This document shows, one piece after another, positions 39,134 through 53,715 of a stretch of DNA of 64,000 nt. The notes beneath the pieces are model-generated. The model was given only the letters and a program-made list of their open reading frames with translations, was not told the origin of the DNA and did no database searches. The DNA comes from Camelus ferus (taxonomy: Eukaryota): positions 94,800,001-94,864,000 of the forward strand of contig NC_045697.1 in NCBI RefSeq assembly GCF_009834535.1, written 5' to 3'. Made by a program: the position numbers and the translations under genes. How positions within the stretch are numbered: the first letter of the stretch is position 1; the number at the start of each line of letters is the position of its first letter.

Positions 39134-39712
39134 GAAGGGGAAGGTGGCCTCTGCTCTTCTCAACTTGCATGTCCCAGAGTGAAACCTCCTCCCTATCAAT
39201 GAGCTGAGGTGAGAGTGCACAGGGCCCAGCACTCTCGGCCCACCACCCCATGGTTAGAGCTTCCATCCCTCAAGTGAGGGATGGGTGGAAGAACAGAACC
39301 CTGGATGTCCCTGCTGCTCTTGTCTGGAATTGAGCTTTGTAACGCGAGGAGGAAGGAGAGGTAGGATGATGAACGGTGGTGGCCTTCCCCTCCCAGGGAG
39401 AAACCATAGCTGTAGACTCGGAGCTAAGGGGAGAGGCAGCCACTCTTCTTGGCTGCATTGCCTGGAACAGAGCTTCTGTCAGGCTGTGCTGGGGAGATCA
39501 GGGCATGGCAGGGTTCAAATGACACAGACTTTCACTGTTACCACCGAGACTTTGTAGCTTTTCTTAAACAAATGTTTCTCCATTTGCTGTATGCCTTTAG
39601 AATAATTTCAAGAGACTCTAAGTATTCTTTTCCATATTTTCACCAATTAGGGTTGTTCCTTTGTGGAGAGGGTCTGTGGAATTCCACCATCATGCCACCA
39701 TTCTGAAAATGC
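39134..39712 (-). mobile_element. Probable old L1M 5' UTR
   Basis: GC-richer block ending TTTCACCA...TTTGTGGAGAG...GCCACCATTCTGAAA, typical of an antisense L1M 5' terminus. Confidence 0.55.
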
Positions 39713-39829
39713 TGTCCTTGTCCATAGATATTTTATACCAAACTATATTAACTGATTTCTTAGTAGTTTTCAGTCAGAATTGCCTCTGTGTTTTAATTTA
39801 GGGTTACCCTTTTACTTGGTATGACCTCC

Positions 39830-40175
39830 CGAATATTACTACTTAGAGAAATCTTACTCATTTTCTAGACGAAGTTTAAACATTGCTTTCTTTAGAAAGT
39901 TTCTTGATTTCTCAACTTGGCCTGTTCGCCTCAGTATCTTAATCCTTATCGCCTTTTATTTGTAAATAGCTTCAGTCACTCATTTTTGCCTTGGTTTGGA
40001 GTTGTTCTTTTTCATCTTTCTTTCTCCTTCTGATGTTAAATTCTTCTTGAGAACTTATGTTTTATTTATCTTTGTATTTCCTACCTCCTTTTCAAAATGT
40101 TGGCATCTGAAACAAGTAACATCTAAATAGTTGTCAATATGTACTTAGTTATGGAAATAAATTAGTGAGTGAACA
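39830..40175 (+). mobile_element. LINE-2 3' fragment
   Basis: TTATGTTTTATTTATCTTTGTATTTCC...GTGAGTGAA. Confidence 0.45.
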
Positions 40176-41716
40176 ACATAAAAATAGCTCATGATATGAA
40201 ATACTGTGTCATAAAAGCATACATTTATCAGATTGTGACTTGCAAGGTTTTATATCATTTTACCTCAGATTTCTGTGATTCTTGTATTAGCTTAGTCATA
40301 TTCCATATATTTAAAATATATGAATTGATAAGAAAACATTAATATAATGGTGTGTTTAGTTTGTTCTGAATTTAGGAAAAAATTGTTAAGCTATTAGAAG
40401 GACATATAAAACAATGTTATTTAATAATTTAATATCCATCAAGAAACTTAAAAACGATTTGTTGGAAAGAAAATATTAAGTATGTCAAATGGTGCAATTG
40501 TTCTAAATGTTTTTGAGTGACAATTACAGATGTACTTTTGAAGTTGAATTAGAATTTTTGTTTTTCACTAAACTATTTCCCTTAGTTTTGTATCATTATC
40601 TCAGATATCTTCCACAACTTTAATCTTTTAAAAGGAAGAAGGAAAATGAGGAGGAGGAGAAAAAGATTAACTCAGCTCTCTCATAATGTCAGAATTTCAA
40701 CAACCAATCAGTATAATAGCATATGTTTAGCAACAAATAATATGAAAATGCATAGTGCACCATCATTACCAATAAAAGGCCAATGATATTTGTGAAGATA
40801 AAAATAATGAAAACTCTAGAAAATATTTATTTACAAATTAACCTGCCAAGAACAAGCCTAATAATAGAATAGTAGCAATAACAGAAATAATTGTTCACAC
40901 AATTAAGAGCTCTTGGAAACCAGATTAAAGCACAATTTATATGGCATATTTTTAGATAAAGATATTGATAACTGACTTCTGAATATAAATGAAAAGCAAA
41001 AAAAATTCTCATTTATTTTTAAATATTAACATCCTATCAACAGAAAGAATAATCCAGAAAACAGTCTTCCTAAATCAACAGCCCCAGATAGGAGACTATA
41101 TAAGTTGAACAATTTAATGATGAATTTGTTCATACAACATTTATTGATAGCTACTCTGTACTAAAATATTATATTAATATAAGACAATCAGAGGTTATAT
41201 GTCACTGTATTATAAAACTAGAAACAGCCTTAAAGAGTTAATAATTTTGCTCCATAAAAATCAGGCAGTCAGGTGGAGTATTATACACCATAAACAAAAC
41301 ATGACAGAGCTTGTTCTTTTTCCTGGGAGAATAATCTTCCAGATAGTTCTTAATCAACTTAAACCATCGTATTTCCTGAGGGATTTAGTCTTTTTCTCAA
41401 AGCAAAATCAACCAAGAGCTGAGAAGAATGAAAACTTGAGCAAAGAGCTGAGAGCAATGATAAAGCACAAAAAAACCCATACTAGAATCATTAAAGAAAA
41501 ACAGTAGCAAGAGCATTAACGACCAACATAGCAGTAGAACTACAGCTTAAGAATATAAAAGGGAAGAATGTCCTCAAAATATAAAGTGAATGAAAGGAAA
41601 CAAACATAATGGCAAATACGTGGATTTTACCAGAATGACTTTTGGTGCTTCATAAAATGTACCAGGGTATAACCCATGGTGATTCAGACTGAGTAAATTG
41701 GGTTGATACCATAGAA

Positions 41717-41929
41717 CACAGGTCAGCAAGCTGTGGTCAAATCTGGTTGTCTTCTGTTTTGTCAACAGAATTTTATTTGAACAAAGCCACATCCATTTGC
41801 TTATGTATTACTTATGGCTCTTTTCACACTATAATGGTAGACTTGAGTGGCTGTGACTAAGACATTATGAACCATAAGGTTAAAAATGTTTACAACCAGA
41901 TTCTTCACAGAAGAAATCTGCTGACCCCA
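41717..41929. mobile_element. MER58A-like hAT MITE
   Basis: Degenerate TIRs GGTCAGCA / TGCTGACC; near 8-bp TSD CCATAGAA / TTATAGAA; internal AGCCACATCCATTTGCTTATGTATT. Confidence 0.8.
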
Positions 41930-42102
41930 TTATAGAATATGTGCTCAATGAGTAAGTCAGATATGCGGTGATTCCTGGAAAGTCTTCATTCCATCACACC
42001 AAGAATGAATATAAGAGAAGCCTAAGAAAGTGTTCTGTGCCCACAGATTGTGTAATTTATCTGAAGGTACAAAGTTTGCATAACTTCAAAAGCTTATAAT
42101 AT

Positions 42103-42555
42103 CTGCCTTAGTTCAGTTTCCCTGGAAGCAGAGACTGAGAAGGAGACTTGAGTACCAGTGACATAACAAGGGAGTGTGTTTCATGGAAAAAATAAATAAA
42201 ATCTGCACTGGGTAAAGGTAAAGGTGAGGGGTAACCAAATATATCAACTCTAGTCAAGTCTAGCCTTTGCTAGATCCACAGAGTAGGAAGGGACCTCTAA
42301 AATAAATCTTCCTGTAGAGTTTTGCCCTTCTGAAGCAAAAATACCCTTATACCATCCATTCATTGGATAGAAACTGCCCCCATTGTAGTGGGTGAGTATG
42401 TAACCTCCCAACAAAGGTGGCTTCTTCAGGCGGAATCAATTATCTAGGAAAGGGGACAGCAATGAGCATTAGCAGCCAGCACTTACAATAGCTGGAGGAC
42501 GGGTGCTCCAGCCTGGTACAGGAGATCTGAGTAGGGCACCAACATCATCTACTAT
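42103..42555 (-). mobile_element. ERVL LTR (LTR16-like)
   Basis: TGCCTTAGTTCAGTTTCCCTGGAAGCAGAGACTGAG...GGAGATCTGAGTAGGGCACCAACA. Confidence 0.65.
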
Positions 42556-43469
42556 AATATCTTACTCAAATAACTATCTACTGTCTTGTGAATTTCTGTC
42601 TTGATCACTACCAAATGATATAACCACTTGATAGGCATTCAGTAAACTGCTTACTATGTGAGTTTATTTGCCAATCATCACCAGATGAATAAGGTTAATT
42701 TAGTGCTTTTATAATTAAGCAGAAGGATGATGGGAGGGGAAAGTAACTCTCACTCTTTGGTTTGCATAATCTGAAAAGTTAAACTTGATCAATTTTCTTC
42801 CACTGACCAACAGCAAAGACTTCAGTGGCAATAATGTTCATAAGATCCATCCTTACCAATGCTACAGTAATACAAGCATAATATTTCTTTTATCTTGTTT
42901 ACACTTGCAAGGTAAAAGAAATAAAAATTGTCAGAAAAACTCAGCAGTTCACATAAATTTACCTCTTCTTAAACATTTTTCTTTATAACATAACAAAAGC
43001 ACAGAGGATCATGCTGTATTTTATTGATACTGTAAATAAATAGTTTTTTTGTTGTTGTTAAAAGACTTTTGTCCTCATGATTTCCTCTCTCCCATTGCTT
43101 TCCACAAGTTTTAGGAACAACCTAAGAATATATACAACCAAATACTTCTTCCTCCCAACTCCTGCACCAAGCAATCTGTCCTTAGTGGTCTTGTACAAAA
43201 AACACTCTGTGTTAGACTGTGAAAAGGGATGACAGCATAAAAAAAAAAGTATCAAATGAAGAAATTTATAAAATGGTTGTAAATGCTATTTTAAATGATC
43301 ATTACTCGTTGTTATCTGGTCCTCCTGCATAGATTTTGAAGCAATATATACAGATTCACTAGTTATGTCTTCAAACATGCATATTTTTTCTTTATTTGTG
43401 ACAGCAGTAGCCTGATATTGAAGAACTCAGAATGGTGCCTGAATAGAGAAAATGCTCCTACTGAAGCTT

Positions 43470-43690
43470 ACCTACTGAAGGCAACCTGCATTAGTCACTG
43501 TAGGGATTATTATGATATTTGCCTCTTTAATAGATCCAGGAAATATCAGAATATTGTTTTCTACATCATACTACAATTTAAGCCCAACATGTGCATGCTG
43601 TTGTTCGGCTCATCGATACATCCCAGGTGTCTAGAATGGAGCCTGGCATGTAATGAGCTCTAATGTTAGATGAAATAATGAACAAATGAA
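43470..43690 (+). mobile_element. LINE-2 3' end
   Basis: CATCCCAGGTGTCTAGAATGGAGCCTGGCATG...ATGAACAAATGAAT. Confidence 0.5.
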
Positions 43691-45469
43691 TATATTATGA
43701 TCTAGATTCTAGCTATTTTCAGTAATACTGTGGAGTGTTAGAAATTCTTTTCTTCTTGAGTGATTCAAATCATCTGCTTCTGTATTTTCTGTCATAAACG
43801 TAACAAAAAAATCTATTGAGAGTGTGTTTTGTAGGCATTAAAAGAGGAGTTGGACAGATATTTAGAAGAACTTAGTAACATAGAGAAGGAGACTGAAAAG
43901 ACAGCAGGGTATAATTCTAAGTAGAATGAGCTTTGAACATTCTAAGTGGAATACAAATCAGTAATGCTTTGCTCAGTGCCTGCTCTTGCTTTTCTTGCTT
44001 TTTGTTTTCCCATAATTCCAACCCTTCATGTTCACAGTCCTCTTCAAGAAAAGTGAATTTTCTGTCAACTTTAGACAGCCAGAGAGACTTAAAACAAAAA
44101 TGATTGACTCTTTATCCCTTTTATTCCAAGTACACATTCTCACTTTTATTATTATTGCCTATTACTCTTAACATATTCAGCTCTAGATTTTCCGTTATGA
44201 ATCTCATTGTGTGTATTTTTAAATTCAAGTAACTGAAACTTTGATCAAATGTACAACTTGTACATCAGAGAATTAAGGATGTTTACTGAGGTCTCTTCTC
44301 TCAGAGACTTCATGTATATGTACGTAATTTTTTAAGAAAAAGCTTAAAGCTTTTTTATCAAAAGGTGACTAAAATTTTTACATACAAATCCTATTACTTT
44401 GAATACACACTTTGAATATAGGTCAATTGTATTTTTTCCTATTTAAAATTTAAAATGGAATCACCTATTAAGAGAGGAATATTATTACTGCAAGTGAAAT
44501 GCAATTTACATTAAAATGCACTTGAAGAAATCTAAGTGAATAAAACCTTAAATGGACAAATTACCTCCTTCTGGTATTAAATATTAGGCAGACATCATTT
44601 GGAGTATTGAGGTTAAATTTGAACAAATTATTGTAACTTGATCAACTATTTGAATGGAATCTGTATGTGTGTGGAAAATTGTACAATGTAAAAGGCTGGT
44701 ATCTATTTTTTGACTTTTCAGGGATCTATATGGCACTTTTTATCACATATATTTTTGCATTGTTATCGACTGCAACAAGTCAGAGGGTTATAATGCTTCC
44801 TGCAGGGGGATGATAGTGTGGGAAAACAGAAATAACAGAAATGAAAGCATATTTTAGACTTCTGAGTAAAATGTCTTTAAAATGTCTTCCTGCTGATTCA
44901 GAGTAAGCATCAAAACTTTGTTTTGAGAAATGTATCTCTGGAACATTACTCTGTATGGAGTAGAGTAAATAAAGACTGGCCTTATCTGGATTTAGTTCTT
45001 AAGTAAAAGTTAACATAGAAATGAAATCACCCACAAATTTCTAAATCAATTTCTGTCATATAATCCTCTCACTTTTCTTCTTTTCCACCAATGTACTGTT
45101 AATTAAAACCATTTTGTATTCACAAACCCCTTTTATTCATGGAATGCAATGTAATGAAGAGGCACTATGCAAGATGGGCTAAAGCTTATTTTGAAAACGG
45201 ATCAGATAACAATCAACTTCAAAGCTTTAAATTTGAATGGTCTTTTTCAAAAATTCAGACATGTTAAAATAGTATTTTAACTTTCTCTGCATGTTCTGTG
45301 TAGATTTAGTCAATAATTTCTTATCCGTGGTGAGTTTTAGAAATAACCATAATTTTAAAATGATTTAACTCATTTAATCATACACCTAATTATGCTATAT
45401 TAATTATTATTCATTTCTTTGATTTTTTGTTACTGAAGCTGGAGTTTTCTAGTATTCAAATTTCTTTCA

Positions 45470-45960
45470 TATATATGACAATCTACTAAATTCCAGACCA
45501 ACATATCCAACTGCTTATTAAGCGTCTACAAACTTGGATGTCTAAAAGGAACCCAAACTCATCTACATATCTGGGCTCATTACTTTTTCCATCAAATCAG
45601 TGTTTGCTCTCTCATCTGTTTAGATGTTGAAGCCAAAATGCAAAAGGTGGAGCCAGTCCTTGCCAAGTCTCTTTCTTTCCAGCTTCATATTTAATCCCAC
45701 ATCAATTCTTGCCAGTTTTACCCCTATATGTATGAACTTCTCTCCATTTCCATCCTCACCGTTTGTAACCCAGCTGCCATACCATTTTTTTCCTGCACTG
45801 ATGCAACATCTCCTACATCTCCGCATTTACTTTTATATTTTTTATTATATATATTAGAGCTAGAGCAATCTTTCAAAGTGACAATCTGAGCATGTTACCC
45901 CACTATAAAAATGTTACATTGATCGCAATGCTATAAAAAGACCAACAATTTCAACATACA
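45470..45960 (+). mobile_element. LINE-2 fragment
   Basis: TTCCAGACCAACATATCCAACTGCTTA...ACTTGGATGTCTAA...CTAGAGCAATCTTTCAAAG. Confidence 0.6.
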
Positions 45961-48900
45961 AGTCTCTTCATAAAATGTTACATATTTGATAAATTAAGTT
46001 AGGTTTCCTCACTATATATTACTATAATGGTCCAGTTTTCCTTAATAAAACATGAAAAGTTGTACATATATAGTTGTCTCTTATCTTTTCCACTTAAGAT
46101 TTAGAGGGCAGAGAGCTTGCCAATCTGACTCAGTCTGCTTTAACTGGTGTCTGACCTGACTGGTTCTGAACGAATACATGAATCACAGGAAAACAGAGGA
46201 GAAAAATTACCAGGCTATGCATGAAGGGAAATGTAAAAATAATAAAGTAATAGTTAATTTTGACAGTCTTAACTAGGAGGAAATGAATAAAATATTTCAT
46301 CTGACAATTGAACAAAGGTAATTTAGTAATGAAAAATTTACTCTTGAACTCAACATACATTTCATAGGAGTTCATAGTGTTTTAGAAACTCAATTGCTGA
46401 CAGAAAACTCATCACCAATATTGTACAGAAACTGATGTAATTGAACTGATATGAGAGGTATTCTAATACAGAAATTTGAAAGAGACATTACAACCACAAA
46501 TGAGAATTAGGGAGACCTGCGCAAGTATTTGGGAAATGGTTAAGAATTTGACCACAGGACTTTAGTTAGTACTGAAGAAAAAAATCCTAAGAGCATTTGA
46601 TGATAAAAACAATAAACAGTCATAGAGAAATTATTAAATAAAGAATTCTTTGGTCATAGTAAGAGTTGCTATGGAGCCATTAAACAGAACAAGATCAATG
46701 GGTAGCACTGACCTAGAAATGTATCAACAGCTTTTTTTGTTGCTGAAAAAGATTAAGTTGCAAAATAAGATACATGTGTGTATTCCTAAATCTTACAAAT
46801 GCATAGTAAACAGTCTAAAATGTACACAACACATATGCCAAACTGCTGATAATGATTACTCTAGGGAGGGTACTTACATGGCAAATGAAATTATTTTAAG
46901 TATTGTTATATATTATTTTCTTATTTACATGCTTATAGTATATGTTTTTTATTGCTTTTGTCATTGTGAAATAATTGCTTAGAAAAATAAGTAGGAGGTG
47001 CTCACCTATTGGGCTGGATGTAGCAATATTTGTAGATTTGACACTTTTCCACATTCTGTAATGTTCTATGACTGTCTATTTATCTCTTTATGTCTCCAGT
47101 GGAACACAAACAAAGAAGAATGGCTTGCAGTTTCAGAAAGGCATGATGTTGAATGCCACGTTAAGTTGTTTGAACTTTATAAGAATGGAGAGTATTGGAG
47201 AAAAAAAGTTAATAAAGAAGTAATATTTATTTGAGCTAAAATAGAATAACCTCTATGTCATCAAAAGGAGAAGTAAAACTCTGCACAATACATTTTTTAT
47301 CCTGGAGATTGAAGAAATTAAATTTGGACACGAAGACTACTACTAAATGTTATAAAATTAATTAATATAAGGTTTGCTTTATACTTAGAAAGTAAAACAT
47401 GATTACTAGGGGATAAATTTAGATTCACTAAAAGCAAGCCATTTAATTTATTCATTTGTAAATTAATTTCTCTGTCATTGATATATAACAAGCCTATAGC
47501 AAATTGTACACATTTTATGTATACAGCATAAAAAAAGTTTATAAATGGAAGTACTTATGTATCCATAATGGCGATCAAGGTAAAAATATATGATTTAACT
47601 GTACTTGATGAATGTGAAGAAAAAATGTGCATGTGCACATTTGAGTCTTCTGGGGACAAAACTAAGAGACTGAATTTTACTTTGGTCAAAAATCAGTCTG
47701 TTTCTCTCTCTCTCTTCACCCATTCATTCATCTATCCATCCATGTTGGAATAAATTGTGTCTAGAAATAAAAAATTTGTATGGGGGACGAGTTAGCCCTG
47801 TGAAATTTAAAATACAAATGATAGTACTCATACATTATGACAAAATGTAGAAATACTAAATTTGGAGATGAAATTGGGAAAATATTACCAACAGAATAGG
47901 CAATATTTAGAAGAAAACTAGCTTATCTTAGAATATATACGTTCCCCCCAAATTTTTTAATGCATGAACTACTAAAGCAATCGGGAGCTTATATTTAGAA
48001 TCTAAAGAAAGAATCAGCTAGAAATAAGTAAATTTTAAAAAGCAGGGTAATCTATGAAGTGACAGTGTAGTAAAGACCTAAAGATCTTTTTAAAGATCTT
48101 TAAAAGGTAAGAAACTAGGAATCTCTTTCACAATGATTTTAGAATTAATGTTTGATATAATTATTAATAGTTTATGTTTATATCAAAACTATGCAAGAGC
48201 TCTCCCAGTTATAAAGTGAACAATTATTTCTCTTCACGGGTAAAAATCAAACAATCAAAATTTGACTTAATTCAGAGAGGCTCAAAATAGATATGTTGGT
48301 CAAAATTTCAGAATTATAAATCAGTTCTGTTGTTAACAATAACTTACTCTTATGGAATTAATTCTTAGAAACTGGTATTACACATACATATGTGTATGCA
48401 CACATACAACTTACCATACACTGATAATACAATTTCACATTTCTAATAAGAAAACTAAGTAACCGTAATACTGTTTGCTTTCACCTTCTCTTTTCATTTG
48501 TTTTTACCTTCAAGCTAATAGCTGAATTTATTCTCTTTACTTTTCTTTTCTTTGAAGATTAAAGACTTGCCTAGCTTTGTACTGCAGCTGCCTGGACAGT
48601 TGACAGCCCATTAAACTAAAGTCATACAAGCTGTACATTTTAACGCCTTGATTCCAAAGTGCAACCAAAGTGCCTTTTTTATATGTAAGAGCAGTGCATT
48701 TCTGAAACATTTTGATATGGATACATAACAGTTTCATAAGTCTCTCTCGGCCTTTTGCCTTTTTAAAAAACATTGAAGTCAACTAAGCTGATTAAAGTCT
48801 TTTTTCAGTCGGGACTTCTGAAGGAATTTTGGTGCATACAGAACATGTAATTCTGGTTTATTATTAACTCTGAAATAATTTTGAGAGTACAGTATATATA

Positions 48901-51222
48901 ATTGCATAATCCTGAATTGATCATGGGATTGCCTAGTAATGGTTGAAAGTAATCACATCAAAAGTGTGAAAAATTGAAACAAATGAACCTGGGGATGATC
49001 TAGCTTAATCAATTTATGTGATGATGACTGTCATCATCATTCCTAATTCATGGCATTTAATTATTGTGTTCTTGTGATTTGAGAAAATGATGCCATTTTA
49101 TATACATACTTCAAGATTCCATTGTACCATATTTTAACTAGTGGGGAAGATATTTCTCCACTCCGTATCCTAACACCTCACAGACACTTGCAGGTCAAAT
49201 TTGTCTTCTAAAAAGACTATCCTAATATTGTAGAGCAGGTAGCTTGCTTCCTGGTATATTTTTTATACCCTTTAGCAATGTTTCAGTTGGAAATAAAATC
49301 AGCAGTAGAAAAAGTCAAATTTGCACAATTTTGATATGTTCCTAAAGCAAGGACGGCTTGTAAAAACAGGGTCATTTCTTGAGTATCTCTTCACCAAGAT
49401 ATCCCTATTTTAAAGATTTCCAAAGCGTGTGTCTTAAACAAGAGCTGGACTAGACTGCTGTGTAGAGCAGTGATGGATGCTTGTTGTTATGTGGTCAGAT
49501 TGCTTATTCAGATCTGAACAAAACAGTAGTATTTCCCATCTCTCTTCCACTTAAAATTTCTCAACAAAGAATAAATTGCTTTGCCCTTTATGTGCATATT
49601 TTTCACTTGGAAGCAGCCTACATCAATTCAAAAGTGTTAAATTTTTATGTTTTGGCACTACATAGATAAAAATTTAAATAAGTGGATAAAAGAAGCTGTG
49701 TGTTTTTTTATTTAAATGAAGAAGTGCCAAGGAAACAAGCAAACTTGACATAAATAGCAATACTTGTAAATACAAATTTAACAAGACTAAATTATAATAG
49801 CATGTTTTCCAAAGCAATTGAACATAGAAATTATTTTTAACAAATGCTCAAAGTAAATTGAGGACTTGAGAAAATAAGCTAAGTATTTTGCAGAGAATGA
49901 TCAAAACAGCAGGCATTTCTCTTTTCATTTTTATTTATTAAATGAATCAAATGGTAATGATGTGAAACTGTTGAACACTAAGTGGAATTTAGTATATATG
50001 TTAATTGCCACATGTTACTTTTGGCTTTGAAATTTCATTCAGAGATAAAATATGTTTTGTAGAATAATTTGTAAAAAGCAGTCATATTTTTTGTCTCCTT
50101 CATTGCATTGACATTCATTTGTAGTTTTGTATCAATTCATCCTATTAAGCTCAATTTAGGAATATTTCCTGAGTTGTTACTTTGTATAAGACAAAATGTT
50201 CAGAAAATACACTACCAAAATAGGTCTTCTCATTTTCTTATTTCTGTTACAGAACTGGGTAGCAGTTGCAATTAATGTCAAACATAGCTGGAAGCCCGCT
50301 ATTTTTGTGCTAACAATACATATCTCATTCTCTCTGCAGCCTCTATAGATTATAAAATAGATTTAAAAAATAAGATTTGTACTGTGATCATGTTTTATAT
50401 ATTAAAAGTAAAGCTAAGTTTAAAAAATGCATTCTGGGATAATATATTTTCAAAGTATTCGTGGGAATATTTTAGTCAATTTCTTAACTTTTCTATGACT
50501 ACCAAATTAGATGTTACTAATTGCTCATAGTTATTTTTAAATGTCTAGCTAAGAGCCCTCAATACAGCAACTCATTATTTAACTTGTTCATTTTGACATT
50601 ATTTGAGACATCTATTCAACACTATTGAATTGAATATACTTATTATTATACAATTTTATGACTGTAATTTTGTTTCTGTTTCCTCTACCATTTTTATAGT
50701 TAGTGATCACTCACAATTATATCCTAAACCCAGTATAATTCTTTTGGTACTCAAATCCCAACTTCATGCTTTCCAAACCATCAGCACTTTTTTTCCATAA
50801 TTCTAGGAATTAGTTAAAATAACTCAGTGATCAATACTTCTTTTAATACTGTAGAAATTTACTTGCTAACACATTTCTCCCACATGTAAATTTTAAAAAC
50901 GTAACAACAAAAAGTTACAACAGCTAACAATAACTCTTGTATTTTATGCATCCATGTACACATTTCATGATGTCTCATTAGTTCATGACATGAATGCAGC
51001 TTATTAATTCACTGAGTTATCCATTACCTATTGTTTGACCTCAAAGCTTCTCCCTCCCTCCCTTCATCTTGAGTTTTGTGAGTTCTGCCATTTCCTTACA
51101 AGATGTTACTCCCTGTCCACTCCCCTCTCATCTACAGTGGACACATCCTACCATTGCTAGCACATTCCCCAAGGTGTATCTTCCCACTGGGTTCCTTTTA
51201 ATGCAACAAAGAAAAACATACG

Positions 51223-51284
51223 TCTCTCGGTCTCTCTCTCTCTCTTCCTCTCTCTCTCTCTCCCTCTCTCTCTAATTCTCTCTC
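51223..51284. repeat. Imperfect (TC)n microsatellite
   Basis: Direct reading. Confidence 0.85.
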
Positions 51285-53398
51285 TTTCTACTAGATTTTA
51301 AGGTATTCAATGTGTGTCCTGTCTGCCAGCCCTAGTCTTGCCAAGCGAGGGAAGCCACAGCAAAGCAATGAGATAGGAGAGATTTGACCAAATCAACAGA
51401 GAAGTAGGGGTGAGGAATTGAAAAAAAGTCTTGGTGCTATATAAGCCCTAGAGGTCAATACTATGGAAATCCAGTTGAATTCCTGCTCTTTCCATAAATG
51501 CGCAACCTCTCCTGGCTGTTCACGGGCATTTACATCAAGGCTCATGTGAATGAACTTTCTGTCACTTTCAGTATACCTGCCATAACTTCTTCCATCCAAG
51601 TATTCTGTCAGATTAATTTCCCTAAAATATCTCCTTCATGGTGATGATAATTTTCTGAAGCTAAGCAGTGGAGATGTTTGCAAAACTTTGAATATACATA
51701 AAACCATAAATCGTACACTTAAAGAGTGTAAATTTTTGGTATGGAAATTTTATATATATATACATATATATATATAAAATCTTGCCACCTCATTATTTTC
51801 TTTCTTTAAACAAGATATTTACCAGAGCTTTGACTTATTTTCAGATGCAACTCAGATTTTTCATTCTGTCGTTTAACACCCTTCTCCTTGAAAACGATTT
51901 AATTTCAAGTATGCATCTCTCTTCTGTCCATTAAGGCCTTTTCATTATCCTATAAGAATCACATGCTATTTCCCACACTCCTTGCTGGCTTCCCAACAAA
52001 ACTATACTAATCTTTTTAATGATATTCTCATTTACAAAAGCAGTAGGCATTTCTATTTCCATTTTTCCATTGATATTCACATGTCATTTTATATCAATTT
52101 ATTATCTTAAGCTCAATTTATAAATATTTACAAAATATTTCTGTTACACTAGTTCACATTTTTCTTTAATTTCATCTGCAACAGCATATGCATCTGTACC
52201 AACTTATTTTGATAAAATATTATTTATTAAATAATTTTTAAAATAAGTGAAATCAAATGAAGAATTAAAAATACTTCTCTATTTTTTTTCAAAAATTATT
52301 ATTTAGATCTTGTGGATAAGGAGTTGGCTCCAGGCCAAAATCGTAGGTGTGATTTTTTTTTTTTTTGAAGCTCCACTGTAGGGAATGACAAAGGATTTAC
52401 TTGGTAAGCCTTATAGGGAAAAACTGCCTTCCTCACATCAGGCTTGGGGCACAGCCAGTGGAGGGCACTCTCAGGAGGCAGTGGCAATCAAGAGCTCAAG
52501 TCCTCCTGGCCTATTGTGTTTTTTGGTATCTGTATTCCAAGCCCAGCTGTCTCCACTTGGAAGTCTTCTTATTGAAGGCATTTGGTCATCATCTTCCTCA
52601 AGTGCCTCTGCTGAGACCTTCTCAGGAGGCAAAGGTGGGGAATTTTACAAACATTTTTCCCTACTCTGACTCAGTACTCAATCATTTTCCCTTCCTAAGC
52701 CTTCCCCACACTCGACCCTGAGTTGGAGTCCATAAAATGGGAGGAGGCATTTTTTTTTTCCCCAGGGCTCCTTCATCAGTGAGACATTCTCCAATGCTGC
52801 CCAGATCCTTGACACTAGCCTTGCACTCTTCCATGGAGAAAAATGGGAATATTGGGACAGGAACTTTCTCCAGTTCAGCCTCCTGCTGATACTGTCACGG
52901 TGATTAAATGCATCATTGTTCCTTCCTTTGGCTTGTTTATTTAATCAGCTACACCAACCTGGCAGCTCCCCTCTCTCCAGCTCAGCTCTGCTCTTGACAG
53001 TATCTTTGTGACAGTTAATTTTATTTCTCAAGAGTCCAAACAGTAATAATTGGTATTTAGCAGATCCAAAATAAGTAATTCCAAAAAAATGAATGGAAAG
53101 TTATTTGTTGTCTACTTCTCTTTAATTTGTCTGTGTTGATCTTTCCCTGATTTTGTATTAGTTAGGCTTGTACCCATAACATTGACAGGGATAATATTAG
53201 AAATTTCTTCCTTGCTATTATAAACCCAGGTCTGTTCTTAGCTGTGCTACTTTAACTCAAATTGAGGTTTGTTTTTTTTTTTTTTATGATTTTTGGATAT
53301 TGTTTTAAGACTGTATTTAACTATTTAAATATTAAGTCTTTTTTTATCTAAAATTTTAAAAAAATCTCATTGTTTAATTTTAAAATCTTTTAAATGTG

Positions 53399-53715
53399 TT
53401 TTCTTCACTTTATTGAGATATAATTGACACACAGCACTGTATAATTTTAAGGTATACACCATAATGATTTGACTTACATGCATCATGAAATGATTACTGC
53501 AGTAAGTTTAATGAACATCCATCATTTCATGAAGATATAAAAGAAAAAGAAAAAAATTATTTTTTCTTTGTATGAGAACACTTAGAATTTACTTTCTTAA
53601 CAAACTTCATATATAACATACAGCAGTGTTAATTGTATTAAACATGTTGTCCATTACATCCCTAATCTTATTTTTATCTTATAACTGGAAATTTATACTT
53701 TTAGACCACCTTCAC
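53399..53715 (-). mobile_element. 5'-truncated L1 3' end, same family as the 37052-37414 copy
   Basis: Colinear with the 37052 copy: TTTATTGAGATATAATTGACA...CATCATGAAATGATTA...CACCTTCA. Confidence 0.85.
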
